From positions 10,085 to 74,084 of the forward strand of contig NZ_DATCTO010000034.1 in NCBI RefSeq assembly GCF_036567905.1: 64,000 nt of DNA, given 5' to 3'. Source of the DNA: Candidatus Binatus sp. (GTDB lineage Bacteria; Desulfobacterota; Binatia; Binatales; Binataceae). The notes beneath the pieces were generated by a model. That model was not told the origin of the DNA. It did no database searches and was given only the letters and a program-made list of their open reading frames with translations. The translations under genes were made by a program, and so were the position numbers. Positions 19,847 through 29,460 of this stretch are shown here, piece by piece (position 1 is the stretch's first letter; each line of letters begins with the position of its first letter).

Positions 19847-20727
19847 TACAGTTCGATCGCGCTGGCGCTGCCGACTACGGTCTTGGTTCCATCGGCCTTG
19901 TCGCACCAGGCTTCCACTTCGGCGCGTGAGCGTATCCCCTCGGGCCGCCGTTCAACGATCAATCCTTTCGGCCCGGTGACGTCATTGCCCCACAGCACGT
20001 TGACCAGCCGCAGATCCATCTTGCCGCCGTACAGGAAGCCAAGGCCGAAACGCCGCGTCATCATTTCGGCCACCAGGCAGACCGAGAGCATCCCCTGCAC
20101 GACAATTTCCGGGAATCCCAGCTCGACGGCCTTTTGCTTGTCGTTGTGATAGTTGCGCGCCGGTCCCGAGAAGGCCATGCACATGTCGTCGGTGATCGTG
20201 CGCATCGGAGCGCCGATCGGATCGCCGCCGCGCTCGCCGATTTTGAATGAACGTGACGAATCTTTTTCGCGCGCGCGATCGACGACGAAACCCTGTTTGG
20301 CCTGTTCGGGGAGCAGGAAGCTCTGATGGGTGCGGCTGCGCGATACGATTTGTCCCGACGCGTTGCTGACGAGCACTTCGTTGACCACGTATTCGCGGTC
20401 GCGCTTGAGATAGCGGTCGATGATGACGGAGCGAGTCGTGAGCCGCTCGCCGACCATCACGGGCGCGAACACCTCCCATTCCTGGCGCGCGTGCAGATTG
20501 CCGTAAATGTTCGGCAGATACCATTGGAGCGTTTGGTAAACCGCGCTGTGGAGAATCAGCGCAGGCGCGATGGGGCCGCCGAGCGGAGAGGGGCCGCGGT
20601 ACCATGGATTGTCGTCGCCGGTGCCGGCGATGTAGGTCGCGACCAGATCGGGGGTGATGTCGGCGGTCACGGCGCCGAAGTCACGGCCCACGTACACCTC
20701 GTTGCGGTCGAAAATTTCGTTGGTCAT
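19846..20727 (-). CDS. MaoC-like (R)-hydratase/dehydratase, double hot-dog
   Basis: Start at internal ATG 20727 (MTNEIFDR). C-terminal half NYHNDKQKAVELGFPEIVVQGML. Confidence 0.75.
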   Translation of the reverse strand: MTNEIFDRNEVYVGRDFGAVTADITPDLVATYIAGTGDDNPWYRGPSPLGGPIAPALILHSAVYQTLQWYLPNIYGNLHARQEWEVFAPVMVGERLTTRSVIIDRYLKRDREYVVNEVLVSNASGQIVSRSRTHQSFLLPEQAKQGFVVDRAREKDSSRSFKIGERGGDPIGAPMRTITDDMCMAFSGPARNYHNDKQKAVELGFPEIVVQGMLSVCLVAEMMTRRFGLGFLYGGKMDLRLVNVLWGNDVTGPKGLIVERRPEGIRSRAEVEAWCDKADGTKTVVGSASAIEL

Positions 20728-20746
20728 TGTCGTGTCCTGCGCGCAG

Positions 20747-21142
20747 CTAATTTTTCCGCTTGGCTTTGATCCGATCGTTGAACTTGGCGGCGTCAAGTAC
20801 GGCGCGCCGATGCGTCCCGGAGCCGACTTGCTCGACTTCGTCGAAGGCGCGCACGGAAAAATCGAGGCGCCGGCCTTCGACTTTGGTCACTTCAGCTTTG
20901 GCGCGAACGCGATGCCCCGGCGGCGTCGCGGCGCTGTGATGTACTTCGATCGACATGCCGACCGAACTTTCGCCCGCATCGAGAAACGGCCGGATGGCAT
21001 CCATCGCGGCCAGCTCCATCATCGCGACCATCGCCGGCGTGGACATGACGGCGGCGAGCGACGCGTCGAGCTGACTGGCGAGGTCGGTGGGCGCAACGGT
21101 CCTGGCGTAAGTTCCCGTGGTTCCGATTGGAATTGGTTTCAT
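20747..21142 (-). CDS. hot-dog fold thioesterase
   Basis: 131 aa; ...VMSTPAMVAMMELAAMDAI...GMSIEVHHSAATPPG... Confidence 0.7.
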   Translation of the reverse strand: MKPIPIGTTGTYARTVAPTDLASQLDASLAAVMSTPAMVAMMELAAMDAIRPFLDAGESSVGMSIEVHHSAATPPGHRVRAKAEVTKVEGRRLDFSVRAFDEVEQVGSGTHRRAVLDAAKFNDRIKAKRKN

Positions 21143-21223
21143 CGACTTGATTCGCCGGCCATGCGATCACCGTGGCTGAGGATTTAGCACCACGCGGGGA
21201 ATTGGAACAATCGCGCGGTATAG

Positions 21224-21619
21224 TTAATCGGTGCCGGCGTAGCGTTCGACGTATTTGAGGATCGACGCGCGCTCGTCGGGAGTAAGCGGCGGCATCCCGG
21301 CGGCTCGAATCTTCGTTTCCATCAGCGGGACCTTGGTGTCCCACATCGCCGACGTCATTCCATGGGGATTGTACGGCTTGTGGCAATTGTCGCATCGACG
21401 GGCGTAGAGCTGCGCGGCGGGACTGGCCGCGTCGGGGAGCGGAGCCCTGCATCCTGAAATGAGGATCGCGAAGAACGAGAGTGCGAGGGCGGCGCGCGGT
21501 ATTTGCGTTTTCGTTGGCGACGCTGGATTCCTAGCCGGGCGGGATGCGCGCGTCGTGAAAGCGGGCGGCAAGCTGGCTGCGGATCGATCCAATAAGCGCG
21601 CGGCGGTCATTTTCGTCAA
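21224..21619 (-). CDS. lipoprotein-type monohaem c-type cytochrome
   Basis: Lipobox ILISGC and CDNCH haem-binding motif. No canonical start codon exists downstream of the HIT stop, so the 5' end overlaps the HIT gene by up to 89 nt; the start is uncertain. Confidence 0.6.
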   Translation of the reverse strand: MTKMTAARLLDRSAASLPPAFTTRASRPARNPASPTKTQIPRAALALSFFAILISGCRAPLPDAASPAAQLYARRCDNCHKPYNPHGMTSAMWDTKVPLMETKIRAAGMPPLTPDERASILKYVERYAGTD

Positions 21620-22070
21620 GGATTACCTTTCGTTCGGTCTCGGGGCGCAGCCAGATTGGTCCGCGCCGCATTTCGTCGGTTTCGTAGCGTGGCAACAGAT
21701 GCCAATGCACGTGCGGCTCCGAATTGCCCAGGCATTCGTAGTTCATCTTCCACGGCTTGACGACCGCGGCGATGGCGTGCGCGACTAGGCGCATCTCGTC
21801 GCAGAGCAGGCGGGCGGCGTCGGCGGGCATGAGGTAAAGTTCGGTCGCGTGGATCTTTGCGAGCAGCACGCAATAGCCGCGATAGAGCTGCTGATCGCCG
21901 AGGATCACGTAGGAACTGTTCAGCTCCGCAATAAAATCGGGGAAGCTGCCGGCCTTGATCCGATCGGACTTGATTTCATCGCACTTGATTTGATCGGACT
22001 TGATTCGATCGATCATCGTGCAGATACCGCAAGCGGGCTTCGTTGTTGGGGCAGGGCGGTCGGACGTCAT
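21531..22070 (-). CDS. HIT-family hydrolase with N-terminal repeat insertion
   Basis: HVHWHLLPRY histidine triad and an N-terminal CGIC. It overlaps the upstream gene as ATGA. Confidence 0.8.
   Translation of the reverse strand: MTSDRPAPTTKPACGICTMIDRIKSDQIKCDEIKSDRIKAGSFPDFIAELNSSYVILGDQQLYRGYCVLLAKIHATELYLMPADAARLLCDEMRLVAHAIAAVVKPWKMNYECLGNSEPHVHWHLLPRYETDEMRRGPIWLRPETERKVILDENDRRALIGSIRSQLAARFHDARIPPG
21945..22016. repeat. in-frame 15-bp tandem repeat (about 4.5 units) inside the HIT gene
   Basis: Units are ccgatcggacttgat, ttcatcgcacttgat and ttgatcggacttgat, plus degenerate flanking units. They encode IKSDQ-IKCDE-IKSDR-IKAG. Confidence 0.8.
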
Positions 22071-22585
22071 GCGGCGCCTGTGACAGGATTGTCGGCGGGG
22101 ACCTCGACGAGTTTGATGCTGGCGTGCTTAAGCATCTCGGCGATGGTGTGGAGCTTGTACGGGCGCGCGTAGTACACGGTGCGCACACCGGTGTTGATCA
22201 GCACCTTGAGGCAATGGATGCACGGCGTGTGAGTGACGTAAATGTCGGCGTCGCGAATCGCGACGCCGTTGCGCGCCGCTTGCGAGATCGCGTTGATCTC
22301 GGCGTGGATGGTGCGATAGCAATTCTGCTCGATTTCTCCGTCGGGCGTGCGCGATTCGTAGATGAGGCATCCGGCCTCGGTGCAATGCGGCAATCCTGCC
22401 GGCGAGCCGTTGTAGCCGGTCGCCAGGATGCTGCGGTCGCGCACGATTACGGCGCCGACCTTGGCGCGCAGGCAGGTCGATCGCTCCGCGACCTCGCGCG
22501 TGATCGTCATGAAGTAATTGTCCCAGCTCGGGCGGCGGGGCCTGGTCTCGGGAGTCGGTTTGTTCGAGCCGTCGGTCAATCCCAA
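22067..22585 (-). CDS. dCMP (deoxycytidylate) deaminase
   Basis: HAEINAI...PCIHCLKVLINTG zinc-binding motifs. Confidence 0.9.
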   Translation of the reverse strand: MGLTDGSNKPTPETRPRRPSWDNYFMTITREVAERSTCLRAKVGAVIVRDRSILATGYNGSPAGLPHCTEAGCLIYESRTPDGEIEQNCYRTIHAEINAISQAARNGVAIRDADIYVTHTPCIHCLKVLINTGVRTVYYARPYKLHTIAEMLKHASIKLVEVPADNPVTGAA

Positions 22586-22621
22586 TGCGGTTCACCTCGA
22601 TCCAGATCGATCAAATGCCGC

Positions 22622-23704
22622 TCAGATTCGGACGCAACCGAGACGGCGCAGCATCTCGTCGTAGTGCGGCACGTGATGGATTATTTCCTGAGAGTGTTCA
22701 TCCTGCTGCGGCTGCAAAGGCGCCTCGGGTTGCACGAAAGCGAGAGGCACCGGGCTGAAGGTGACGATGAACAGCGCGACGGTAAGCCATGCCGCCAGAG
22801 CGCGGCGTGGGTTCAGCGGGGTGTCGCGATCGATGGTGGACGGATGCCCCAATCCGAGCGCGACCGACAGGACAGCCCACAGCAGCCATCCGCCCCAGAA
22901 ATTCAGCCCGAGCGCAAGCGGCACCAGTACCATCAGCACGCACGAGATAACGAACAGCACCGAGATCGTGCGATGACGGCGCGGGAACAGCGCGTAGATC
23001 ACATGGCCGCCGTCGAGCTGTCCGACCGGCAACAGGTTCAGCGTGGTGACGAACAGCCCGAGCCATCCCGCGAATGCGATCGGATTGAGGTTCACGTTGA
23101 CGGTCGAAGGATCGACGCCCAGCACCAGGCGCGAGAGACCGAGAAACAGGAGCGAGTTGCCCAGCTCGAGACCGCCGGCAGATTTGTCCAGCGGCGTCAC
23201 GTCGGAAAGATACAGGCCGATGATGACGGCGGGTATCGCGAGCATCACACCCGCCCACGGGCCGGCGGCGCCAATGTCGAACATCACGCGGCGAGTGCGC
23301 GCAGGCGCTCGCATCCGGATGAATGCGCCAAAGGTCCCGATGATGAAGGGGGACGGCGGCGCCGGGATAAAATAAGGCAGGGAGGCATCGACGCCGTGGT
23401 AGCGCGAGGTCAGGTAGTGTCCCATCTCATGCGCGAGGAGAATCATCATCAGGGGAATCGAGAACGAGAGTCCCGAGCGCAGCGCCGCAACGGCGAGAAA
23501 CGGATGCGCGAAGGAGACCTCCTCGCCATTCATGTACGCGCCGGCGGTGGTGGTGGTCAGCAGAGTCAGCAAGAACAGAGCGATGTTGAGCGGCGGGATT
23601 CGCCGAGGCTCGAGCGAGCGCGCGGCCGGTTCCACCGCAGCGGTGTGGCGCGGAATACTGGTAAGGACCGTGGGAGCGTCCTTGTGTGCGGCTATTTCAT
23701 CCAT
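22622..23704 (-). CDS. site-2 protease family (M50) membrane metalloprotease
   Basis: LLAHEMGHYL; multi-TM; LPVGQLDGGH. Confidence 0.85.
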   Translation of the reverse strand: MDEIAAHKDAPTVLTSIPRHTAAVEPAARSLEPRRIPPLNIALFLLTLLTTTTAGAYMNGEEVSFAHPFLAVAALRSGLSFSIPLMMILLAHEMGHYLTSRYHGVDASLPYFIPAPPSPFIIGTFGAFIRMRAPARTRRVMFDIGAAGPWAGVMLAIPAVIIGLYLSDVTPLDKSAGGLELGNSLLFLGLSRLVLGVDPSTVNVNLNPIAFAGWLGLFVTTLNLLPVGQLDGGHVIYALFPRRHRTISVLFVISCVLMVLVPLALGLNFWGGWLLWAVLSVALGLGHPSTIDRDTPLNPRRALAAWLTVALFIVTFSPVPLAFVQPEAPLQPQQDEHSQEIIHHVPHYDEMLRRLGCVRI

Positions 23705-23706
23705 GA

Positions 23707-24537
23707 TTAAGTGCGGCCTGCGGCCGCGGCCAGCGACACCGATGAGCCAGGTCCAGCGGCGAAGTGCGCGGCAGCGTTGCCGTCGCGAACCGCGACTTCG
23801 AGCAGGCCAAGGCTTCCGAATGTTGCGAGAGGAGCACCTTTGGGCGCGTCAGCATAAGCATTAAGTAATCGCATCGCCGCGCCGCGTTTGATCCTAACGG
23901 AAAGGGATTTGTGGCGAAAGCGAGAGCCGAACTGTTCGGCCGCCTGGCGATCGATATTGCTTACCAGATTGCCGAAGCCGTCCACATAGATCACTTCACC
24001 GCGCAACTCGCGCGCCGAATCCACGGGACGCGGCAGATCGAGCTGCACGATCGAGCGGAGTGCGGGCCCCAGCGCGGAAATCGGGGTGCCGCGCCAGAGA
24101 TACGCCGCGGCAGGCGCGAAGATGTCGCGGCCATGGAAGGTGGCACTCACGTTGGTAAGACGATGGCGGGGCGAAGCCAGTTTCACGATTCGCCTGATTC
24201 CAGCCTGGCTCGCGGCGAGCCACAGCAGGCCGTTATCGGGTCCGACGAAGCGTGCGCCGGCAGAAGTCTCGATTGCAATTGGCGCGCGCGCGGTGCCGAC
24301 TCCAGGATCGACAACCGCAAGGAATACCGTACGCGCAGGGAAGTAGCGCCAGCTCTGGCGCAAAGCGATCGCTCCGGCGACGACGGATTGTGCGGGAATG
24401 CCATGAGTGATGTCGATCACGGCTGCGCCGGGAGCGATCGACGCAATGACGCCCTTCATCGCACCGGCATAATGGTCGCGATAGCCGAAGTCGGTTATGA
24501 TTGCGATCGGGAAAGGGCTTCGCGCGAGCGTCGGCAT
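23707..24537 (-). CDS. SAM hydrolase / SAM-dependent halogenase family (DUF62)
   Basis: Start at internal ATG 24537. IAIITDFGYRDHYAGAMKGVI...VVDPGVGT...GPDNGLL. Confidence 0.8.
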   Translation of the reverse strand: MPTLARSPFPIAIITDFGYRDHYAGAMKGVIASIAPGAAVIDITHGIPAQSVVAGAIALRQSWRYFPARTVFLAVVDPGVGTARAPIAIETSAGARFVGPDNGLLWLAASQAGIRRIVKLASPRHRLTNVSATFHGRDIFAPAAAYLWRGTPISALGPALRSIVQLDLPRPVDSARELRGEVIYVDGFGNLVSNIDRQAAEQFGSRFRHKSLSVRIKRGAAMRLLNAYADAPKGAPLATFGSLGLLEVAVRDGNAAAHFAAGPGSSVSLAAAAGRT

Positions 24538-24614
24538 CACGGGATAGTAGACCGCGAAACAGCGGCGTCGCGCAATTTCCCGAAGTCGAGTCCCCTCGCG
24601 CATCTAACAGGTCA

Positions 24615-26087
24615 ATGAAACGTAATTTTGTGCCGGGCGGCTGGCGAGAACAGGCTGGGGCAGTGCTGCTGATGGCCGTCGCGGTGGGCACGATGCTGCG
24701 GTTTTTTCGCCTTGGCGCGCGCGAGTTGTCGATTGACGAGTCGCTTTCGTGGGCCGAGTCGGCAGCGCCAAGCGTGACGGACGTGTTGCGGGTACAGCAT
24801 CGGCTGGATTCGGGCAAGTTCCCGATTTACGAACTTGCGCAACACGGATGGATGCGGGTGTTCGGTGAAAGCGAGGCGGCGATGCGGGCGCTGCCAGCGC
24901 TAATCGGTTCGCTGTCGATTGTGTTGGTATTCATCCTCACGGTGGAAGTGCTGTCGGCGGTCACGCCCACACGATCGGACGACAGCGGCAAGGGTGGCAT
25001 CTACATGGTGTCGGCGTTGTGCGCGCTGATTTTTGCGGTCGGGCTTCCGTCGGTCGAAATTGCCCGTCAGGCGAGAATGTATTCAATGATGCAGGCATGG
25101 ATTCTCGCGCAGGTGATTTTCCTGTTCCGCGCGCGGCGGCTGGGAGGACTGGAGAACTACGCCGGTCTTACGATTTTTTCAGCGATTGCAGTGGCCACCA
25201 ACTTTACCGCGGTGCTGGTGATGGCGGCGGAGGCGCTGTGGCTGATCTACCTGTTGCTGGTTGATGCCGATGCGCGAAGTGACGCAGGCGTGCGAAGCGC
25301 GGCGCCATGGCTGATGGGGGCCGCACTCGTTGCCGCGATGATGTTGCTGCTGCCCTTTTTTGCCGGCTTGCGATATGGAGTCGAAGGCGTGAAGCGGGGC
25401 GATTACGACTGGATCAAGCCGCCGGGGCCATGGGAGCCATTCGCGACGTTCGAGAGCGGACTTGGCAGCTGGCCGTTCCCGCTGTTTGCGCTGTTCGCGA
25501 TCATGGGCGGGATTCGGCTTTGGCGTTCGCATCGAAATGAGGCGGTGTTGATCCTGCTCTGGATCGGGCTGCCGCCGATTATTCTGTTCGCGGGGTCGTA
25601 TCTGGTTACTCCGATGCTCGTCACGCGCTTCCTGATATCCTCGTTCGTTCCGGTGTTTATACTCACTGCAATAGGGATTGAGTCTTTACCGTCGCGAAAC
25701 TACCGTGCGGCCGCAACCATCGCCATAGTAAGTCTCTCTATACTGCGAGTGTCGTCGGATCTGAGGCCGGGAGACCACCGCTGGCGCGATGCATGTCAGG
25801 TGGCACTGACTAAAGCGGGTGTGGACCGCCGCGTCGGCGCTTCTCACGATTACTATCTCGTTAGCTACTACGTTTCTGCGGCGCAGTGGGACAATCTGCA
25901 AATAGTTCGAATCCCTTTCCACGGAGCTGAGAGCGAAGCGCCGCGAGTGGCGATCATTTCGCCGACCGCGCCGCCTGCACAGGTCGCCGAGATTCGCCGG
26001 GAGTATCCGGTGGTCGTGGCGAGGTTCAAGAATGTGATCGTAGTATCGCGGCCTGAGGCGGGCGTGCAGAATGCTCCGGCCAGCTAA
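24615..26087 (+). CDS. GT-C type glycosyltransferase (GT39 / ArnT-PMT-like)
   Basis: Start at internal ATG 24615. The first loop reads RLGARELSIDESLSW. The protein has more than 10 TM helices and a soluble C-terminus. Confidence 0.6.
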   Translation: MKRNFVPGGWREQAGAVLLMAVAVGTMLRFFRLGARELSIDESLSWAESAAPSVTDVLRVQHRLDSGKFPIYELAQHGWMRVFGESEAAMRALPALIGSLSIVLVFILTVEVLSAVTPTRSDDSGKGGIYMVSALCALIFAVGLPSVEIARQARMYSMMQAWILAQVIFLFRARRLGGLENYAGLTIFSAIAVATNFTAVLVMAAEALWLIYLLLVDADARSDAGVRSAAPWLMGAALVAAMMLLLPFFAGLRYGVEGVKRGDYDWIKPPGPWEPFATFESGLGSWPFPLFALFAIMGGIRLWRSHRNEAVLILLWIGLPPIILFAGSYLVTPMLVTRFLISSFVPVFILTAIGIESLPSRNYRAAATIAIVSLSILRVSSDLRPGDHRWRDACQVALTKAGVDRRVGASHDYYLVSYYVSAAQWDNLQIVRIPFHGAESEAPRVAIISPTAPPAQVAEIRREYPVVVARFKNVIVVSRPEAGVQNAPAS

Positions 26088-26689
26088 TCGCGCGGCGCGA
26101 CCGAGACGTAACGGTTGCCGCGTTCATAAAAGCGCCATCGCCTCGAGGCCCAATGGCCGGCGTAATCGACGTTGATCCTTGGCGACCGGCCGATTCTCCC
26201 GACCGGAAGTTGGGAGTGCTCTAGATATAGCCATCCAGCGCACAAATCCCGACCATAGTCGGCGCCGGTAATAGCCAGTGCATTAGTCAATTTGCCGGGG
26301 CCATTAGTCAGTTCACGAGAATCCGGCGGTTTGCGCCGCCGCCGCGCCATCAAATCGATACCTCGCATCGGTTCGATCGCTCTAATCAGTACTGCGTGCG
26401 GTTCGCCGTCGGCGGTAGTCACCAGGTTCATCGCCCAGCTGATTCCGTAGAGCAGAAATACGTATGCGTAGCCCGGCGGCCCGTACATGGCGGCGGTTCG
26501 CCTGGTCAGACCGCGCGCGCTATGCGCTGCAAGATCGAGGGGGCCGCGATAGGCCTCGGCCTCTACGATTCGGCCGGCCGCCACGCCCTGGGCAGTGCGA
26601 TGGACGAGGACTTTGCCGATGCATTCGCGGGCCACGACCAGGACGGGGCGGGCGTAAAATTCGCGCGGCAGCCTTCGCGATTCAGTCAT
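26084..26689 (-). CDS. mpg: DNA-3-methyladenine glycosylase (Mpg/AAG family)
   Basis: Start ATG 26689. FYARPVLVVARECIGKVLVH...IVEAEAY...GYAYVFLLYG...NGPGKL. Confidence 0.85.
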   Translation of the reverse strand: MTESRRLPREFYARPVLVVARECIGKVLVHRTAQGVAAGRIVEAEAYRGPLDLAAHSARGLTRRTAAMYGPPGYAYVFLLYGISWAMNLVTTADGEPHAVLIRAIEPMRGIDLMARRRRKPPDSRELTNGPGKLTNALAITGADYGRDLCAGWLYLEHSQLPVGRIGRSPRINVDYAGHWASRRWRFYERGNRYVSVAPRD

Positions 26690-26697
26690 CGCGACTT

Positions 26698-27321
26698 TTA
26701 CTGTAGCAGTGGAAAGCAGGGCAATTCGGAGGTCAGAGTGTAACTGTACCTTCGTCCGCGCCACGTAAAGCGGCCTTGCGCGGCGCCGAAAACCTCCCTG
26801 ACGGTGGCAGATTTCCGGCTCTCCTCGAAGCTGGCGGAATCGACCGGAGCGTAGGCGAGGAAGTGGCTGGATCCGGCCGTGAGAGCAGGCTCGAGGGGCG
26901 GTTGGAAATCAAGCTTGGCGATTCCCGGCTTCGGCGCCCAGCCGTCAGGCGGGCCATCCTTGGCTCTCACGAAAGCCCACCGCGGCGCGGAGCCATTTGC
27001 GACGAGCGTCCATTGGCGGCTCTGGATGGAGCCGTGGTTATTTCGAAGCTCTTCGACACCGGGCGTGGCCATGGCAAGTTGATCGCAATGTTCCCGCGGT
27101 TCTTCGCTGGGAAGGCTCGCCTCTCTTCGAAGCGCGGTCTGCTGTTCGGCGTAGGCCGCCATTTGTTGCTCAACCGCGGAATTTGGGGGAGCGGGTTTGG
27201 CCGCAGAATGGAAGCATCCGGCAGACGCGAAAGTCAGGCATCCCACGATGAGCGAAAGAACGGCTCCATGCAGGGTACGTTGAGATACGCGCGCTGGGCC
27301 GGTTGAAAAGCGGGAAATCAT
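26698..27321 (-). CDS. hypothetical lipoprotein
   Basis: ATG 27321 (MISRFS...). Lipobox FASAGC. The longer track ORF runs through the tRNA gene and was trimmed. Confidence 0.5.
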   Translation of the reverse strand: MISRFSTGPARVSQRTLHGAVLSLIVGCLTFASAGCFHSAAKPAPPNSAVEQQMAAYAEQQTALRREASLPSEEPREHCDQLAMATPGVEELRNNHGSIQSRQWTLVANGSAPRWAFVRAKDGPPDGWAPKPGIAKLDFQPPLEPALTAGSSHFLAYAPVDSASFEESRKSATVREVFGAAQGRFTWRGRRYSYTLTSELPCFPLLQ

Positions 27322-27455
27322 ACCTGAGAGGTTTGCTCGATCAGGGGCAACGAAGTCAATGGCGAAGAGCGCTTGTATTCGCTGTCGATGGTCGCGAGGA
27401 GTCCATGGCGGATTCAATTGACAGTCTGCAGGCCAGTACCTAGACTCGCATAAGA

Positions 27456-27530
<75 letters not shown>

Positions 27531-27718
27531 TCAATTTTTTTGAGAACCATATGGTCAATGACTATCTCCGAGTCGAGCCTTCAGGGCATCATGCTACGAA
27601 ACGTCGTAGAGTTTTTACAAGCGGCTGCACGAGTCGAACCGGCTGATCGCGTCACGGCACGCTTGCGACGAACAGCCTATATTGGAGGTTCCACGATGCG
27701 TACACTACTGTCATCTGA

Positions 27719-28696
27719 GTGAGTGGCGATCCGGTGCGCAAAACGGTGGTGCAAAACCTCGTAGCCTACGCGATAGCGGCCGCAATCGTATGCTACGCTG
27801 CACGCGGCGTCTCCTGGAGGCAGGTGGCCGGCGCCGGAAGTCACGCCACGGTGTGGATTTTTCTCATCGCCAGCCTGGGCGGCTTTCTATGCTGGTTTAT
27901 CGGCGAGACAGTCTTGTATTCCCGCTTGTTCAGTTATTTTCACGGTCCGACCAGAGCGGTCGAACTGCTTCCGACCATGGCCGCCGTCTATTTCCTTCAG
28001 ATTGTGAACTCCTATGTCGCAAGCGGTGCGTTTGTGCTTTTTCTGCATGCACGCAAGCGTGTGCCCTGGATAATGGGCGGATGCACCTTGCTGTTTCAAG
28101 GCTACCTGGATGCCCTGCTGCTGGCCGCATTGACGCTCTTGGCGATCGCTCTCGTGCCGACGTCACCGATTCGGCTGGGTCTCAACTACGCCGCAGGCGT
28201 GCTGGGCGCGGGCTGTCTCATCGCTTCGTTCTGGCTCTTATGGGGAGCGCGGCTCCGGACCGGCAACTGGCTCCGATGGATCCACGAACGGCCCTCGATG
28301 GCGAGTTTCCGCATGGCGCGGCCGTCGCATTACATCAAGCTCTTCGCCATCAGGTTTCTAATCGTTCTGGGAGCGGCCTTCGCGCTCTACGGACAGTTCG
28401 TCAGCTTTCATATCGGGGTCCCGCTCATGCAGACGTTGGCCCTGACGCCATTCATTGTGGCGATTGGGAATTCGCCCTTCTCACCAGGTGGAATCGGAAC
28501 GACTCAGTTGGTCTTCACCCTGGCGTTTGCCCGGTTTGCCAGCAAGGACGATTTGTTTGCGCTGTCCCTGGCCGTGACCGCCTTCAACCTCGCGGTCCGT
28601 ATACCGATGGGACTGGCCATGGGTGCACCGCTTGTGGAAGAAGCAGTCGAGGTCGAAAGCGAATTAGTGACCAAGCGCGAGGTTGGGCAGCTATGA
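27719..28696 (+). CDS. flippase-like / LPG-synthase-TM (UPF0104) family membrane protein
   Basis: GTG start. About 8 TM helices; ...GETVLYSRLFSYF...SPFSPGGIGTTQLVF... Confidence 0.55.
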   Translation: MSGDPVRKTVVQNLVAYAIAAAIVCYAARGVSWRQVAGAGSHATVWIFLIASLGGFLCWFIGETVLYSRLFSYFHGPTRAVELLPTMAAVYFLQIVNSYVASGAFVLFLHARKRVPWIMGGCTLLFQGYLDALLLAALTLLAIALVPTSPIRLGLNYAAGVLGAGCLIASFWLLWGARLRTGNWLRWIHERPSMASFRMARPSHYIKLFAIRFLIVLGAAFALYGQFVSFHIGVPLMQTLALTPFIVAIGNSPFSPGGIGTTQLVFTLAFARFASKDDLFALSLAVTAFNLAVRIPMGLAMGAPLVEEAVEVESELVTKREVGQL

Positions 28697-29460
28697 CTTT
28701 CATGCGTTGGCAGAAGAGAAGCGTCGCCATGTTTCTAGGGCTGGCATTGTCGAGTGTGGCTTTGATGTCTCATGCTGCTGACGAGCAACAGATGCGACAG
28801 ACTGTGGAACGGGTAGCGCGTCTCTTTAGCAGCAAGTCCAGCATCGCTACGGTGAAAATGCAGATCACCAATGAAGATGGGCAACGCGATATCTCGATGA
28901 AGATCTGGTCGCTGGGAGAAAAGATTCTTGTCTGCATCACCAGTCCTCAAGACGAAGCAGGCACCGCCATCCTGAAAGAAGGCAGCGACATCTGGTATTA
29001 TCTTCCTAAGTCGAATCGCACGGTTAAAATTCCGCCTTCAATGGCAATGAATTCATGGATGGGAAGCGACTTCACTATTGATGACCTGGTAAAGGAAACT
29101 TTCCTGACACGCGATTACTCCATCAGTACCTTCTTCAAAGGAAAGCGCGGCGGAGTCGCGGTCGATGAATATACTTTGACACCGAAGCCGGATGCCGCGG
29201 TGGTGTGGGGGAAGATTATTTTGCAGATTCGCAATGCCGACGCCGTGCCCACATGGCAGGGTTTCTATGATGAGGACGGGCAGTTGGTCCGAGAGCTTAC
29301 CTTTTCTGATTACAAGTCAATGAGCGGCAGGCTTATTCCTACGCGACTCGTCATGCGGTCCACGGGCAAGGCTGGTGCGCAGACGACGATCGAGTACGAA
29401 GACATCGCGTTCGATGTGCCGATCAACGAAGGGACGTTTTCGCTGCCCAACTTGAAGTGA
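28693..29460 (+). CDS. outer-membrane lipoprotein-sorting (LolA-like) periplasmic protein
   Basis: ATGA overlap with the upstream stop. Signal peptide LALSSVALMSHA. ...LKEGSDIWYYLPKSNRTVKIP...MGSDFTIDDL... The N-terminal 337 codons of track ORF 27682..29460 were rejected. Confidence 0.7.
   Translation: MTFMRWQKRSVAMFLGLALSSVALMSHAADEQQMRQTVERVARLFSSKSSIATVKMQITNEDGQRDISMKIWSLGEKILVCITSPQDEAGTAILKEGSDIWYYLPKSNRTVKIPPSMAMNSWMGSDFTIDDLVKETFLTRDYSISTFFKGKRGGVAVDEYTLTPKPDAAVVWGKIILQIRNADAVPTWQGFYDEDGQLVRELTFSDYKSMSGRLIPTRLVMRSTGKAGAQTTIEYEDIAFDVPINEGTFSLPNLK

Noticed and set aside
22043-23710. 555-aa plus-strand ORF
   Set aside because: It is antisense to the well-supported dCMP deaminase and M50 protease genes. 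Its translation is Arg/Asp/Gly-rich low complexity, typical of antisense frames in high-GC DNA.
27682-29460. 592-aa plus-strand ORF
   Set aside because: The first 337 codons overlap the flippase-like gene out of frame and are Arg/Cys-rich nonsense. The real LolA-like gene starts at 28693 with an ATGA coupling.
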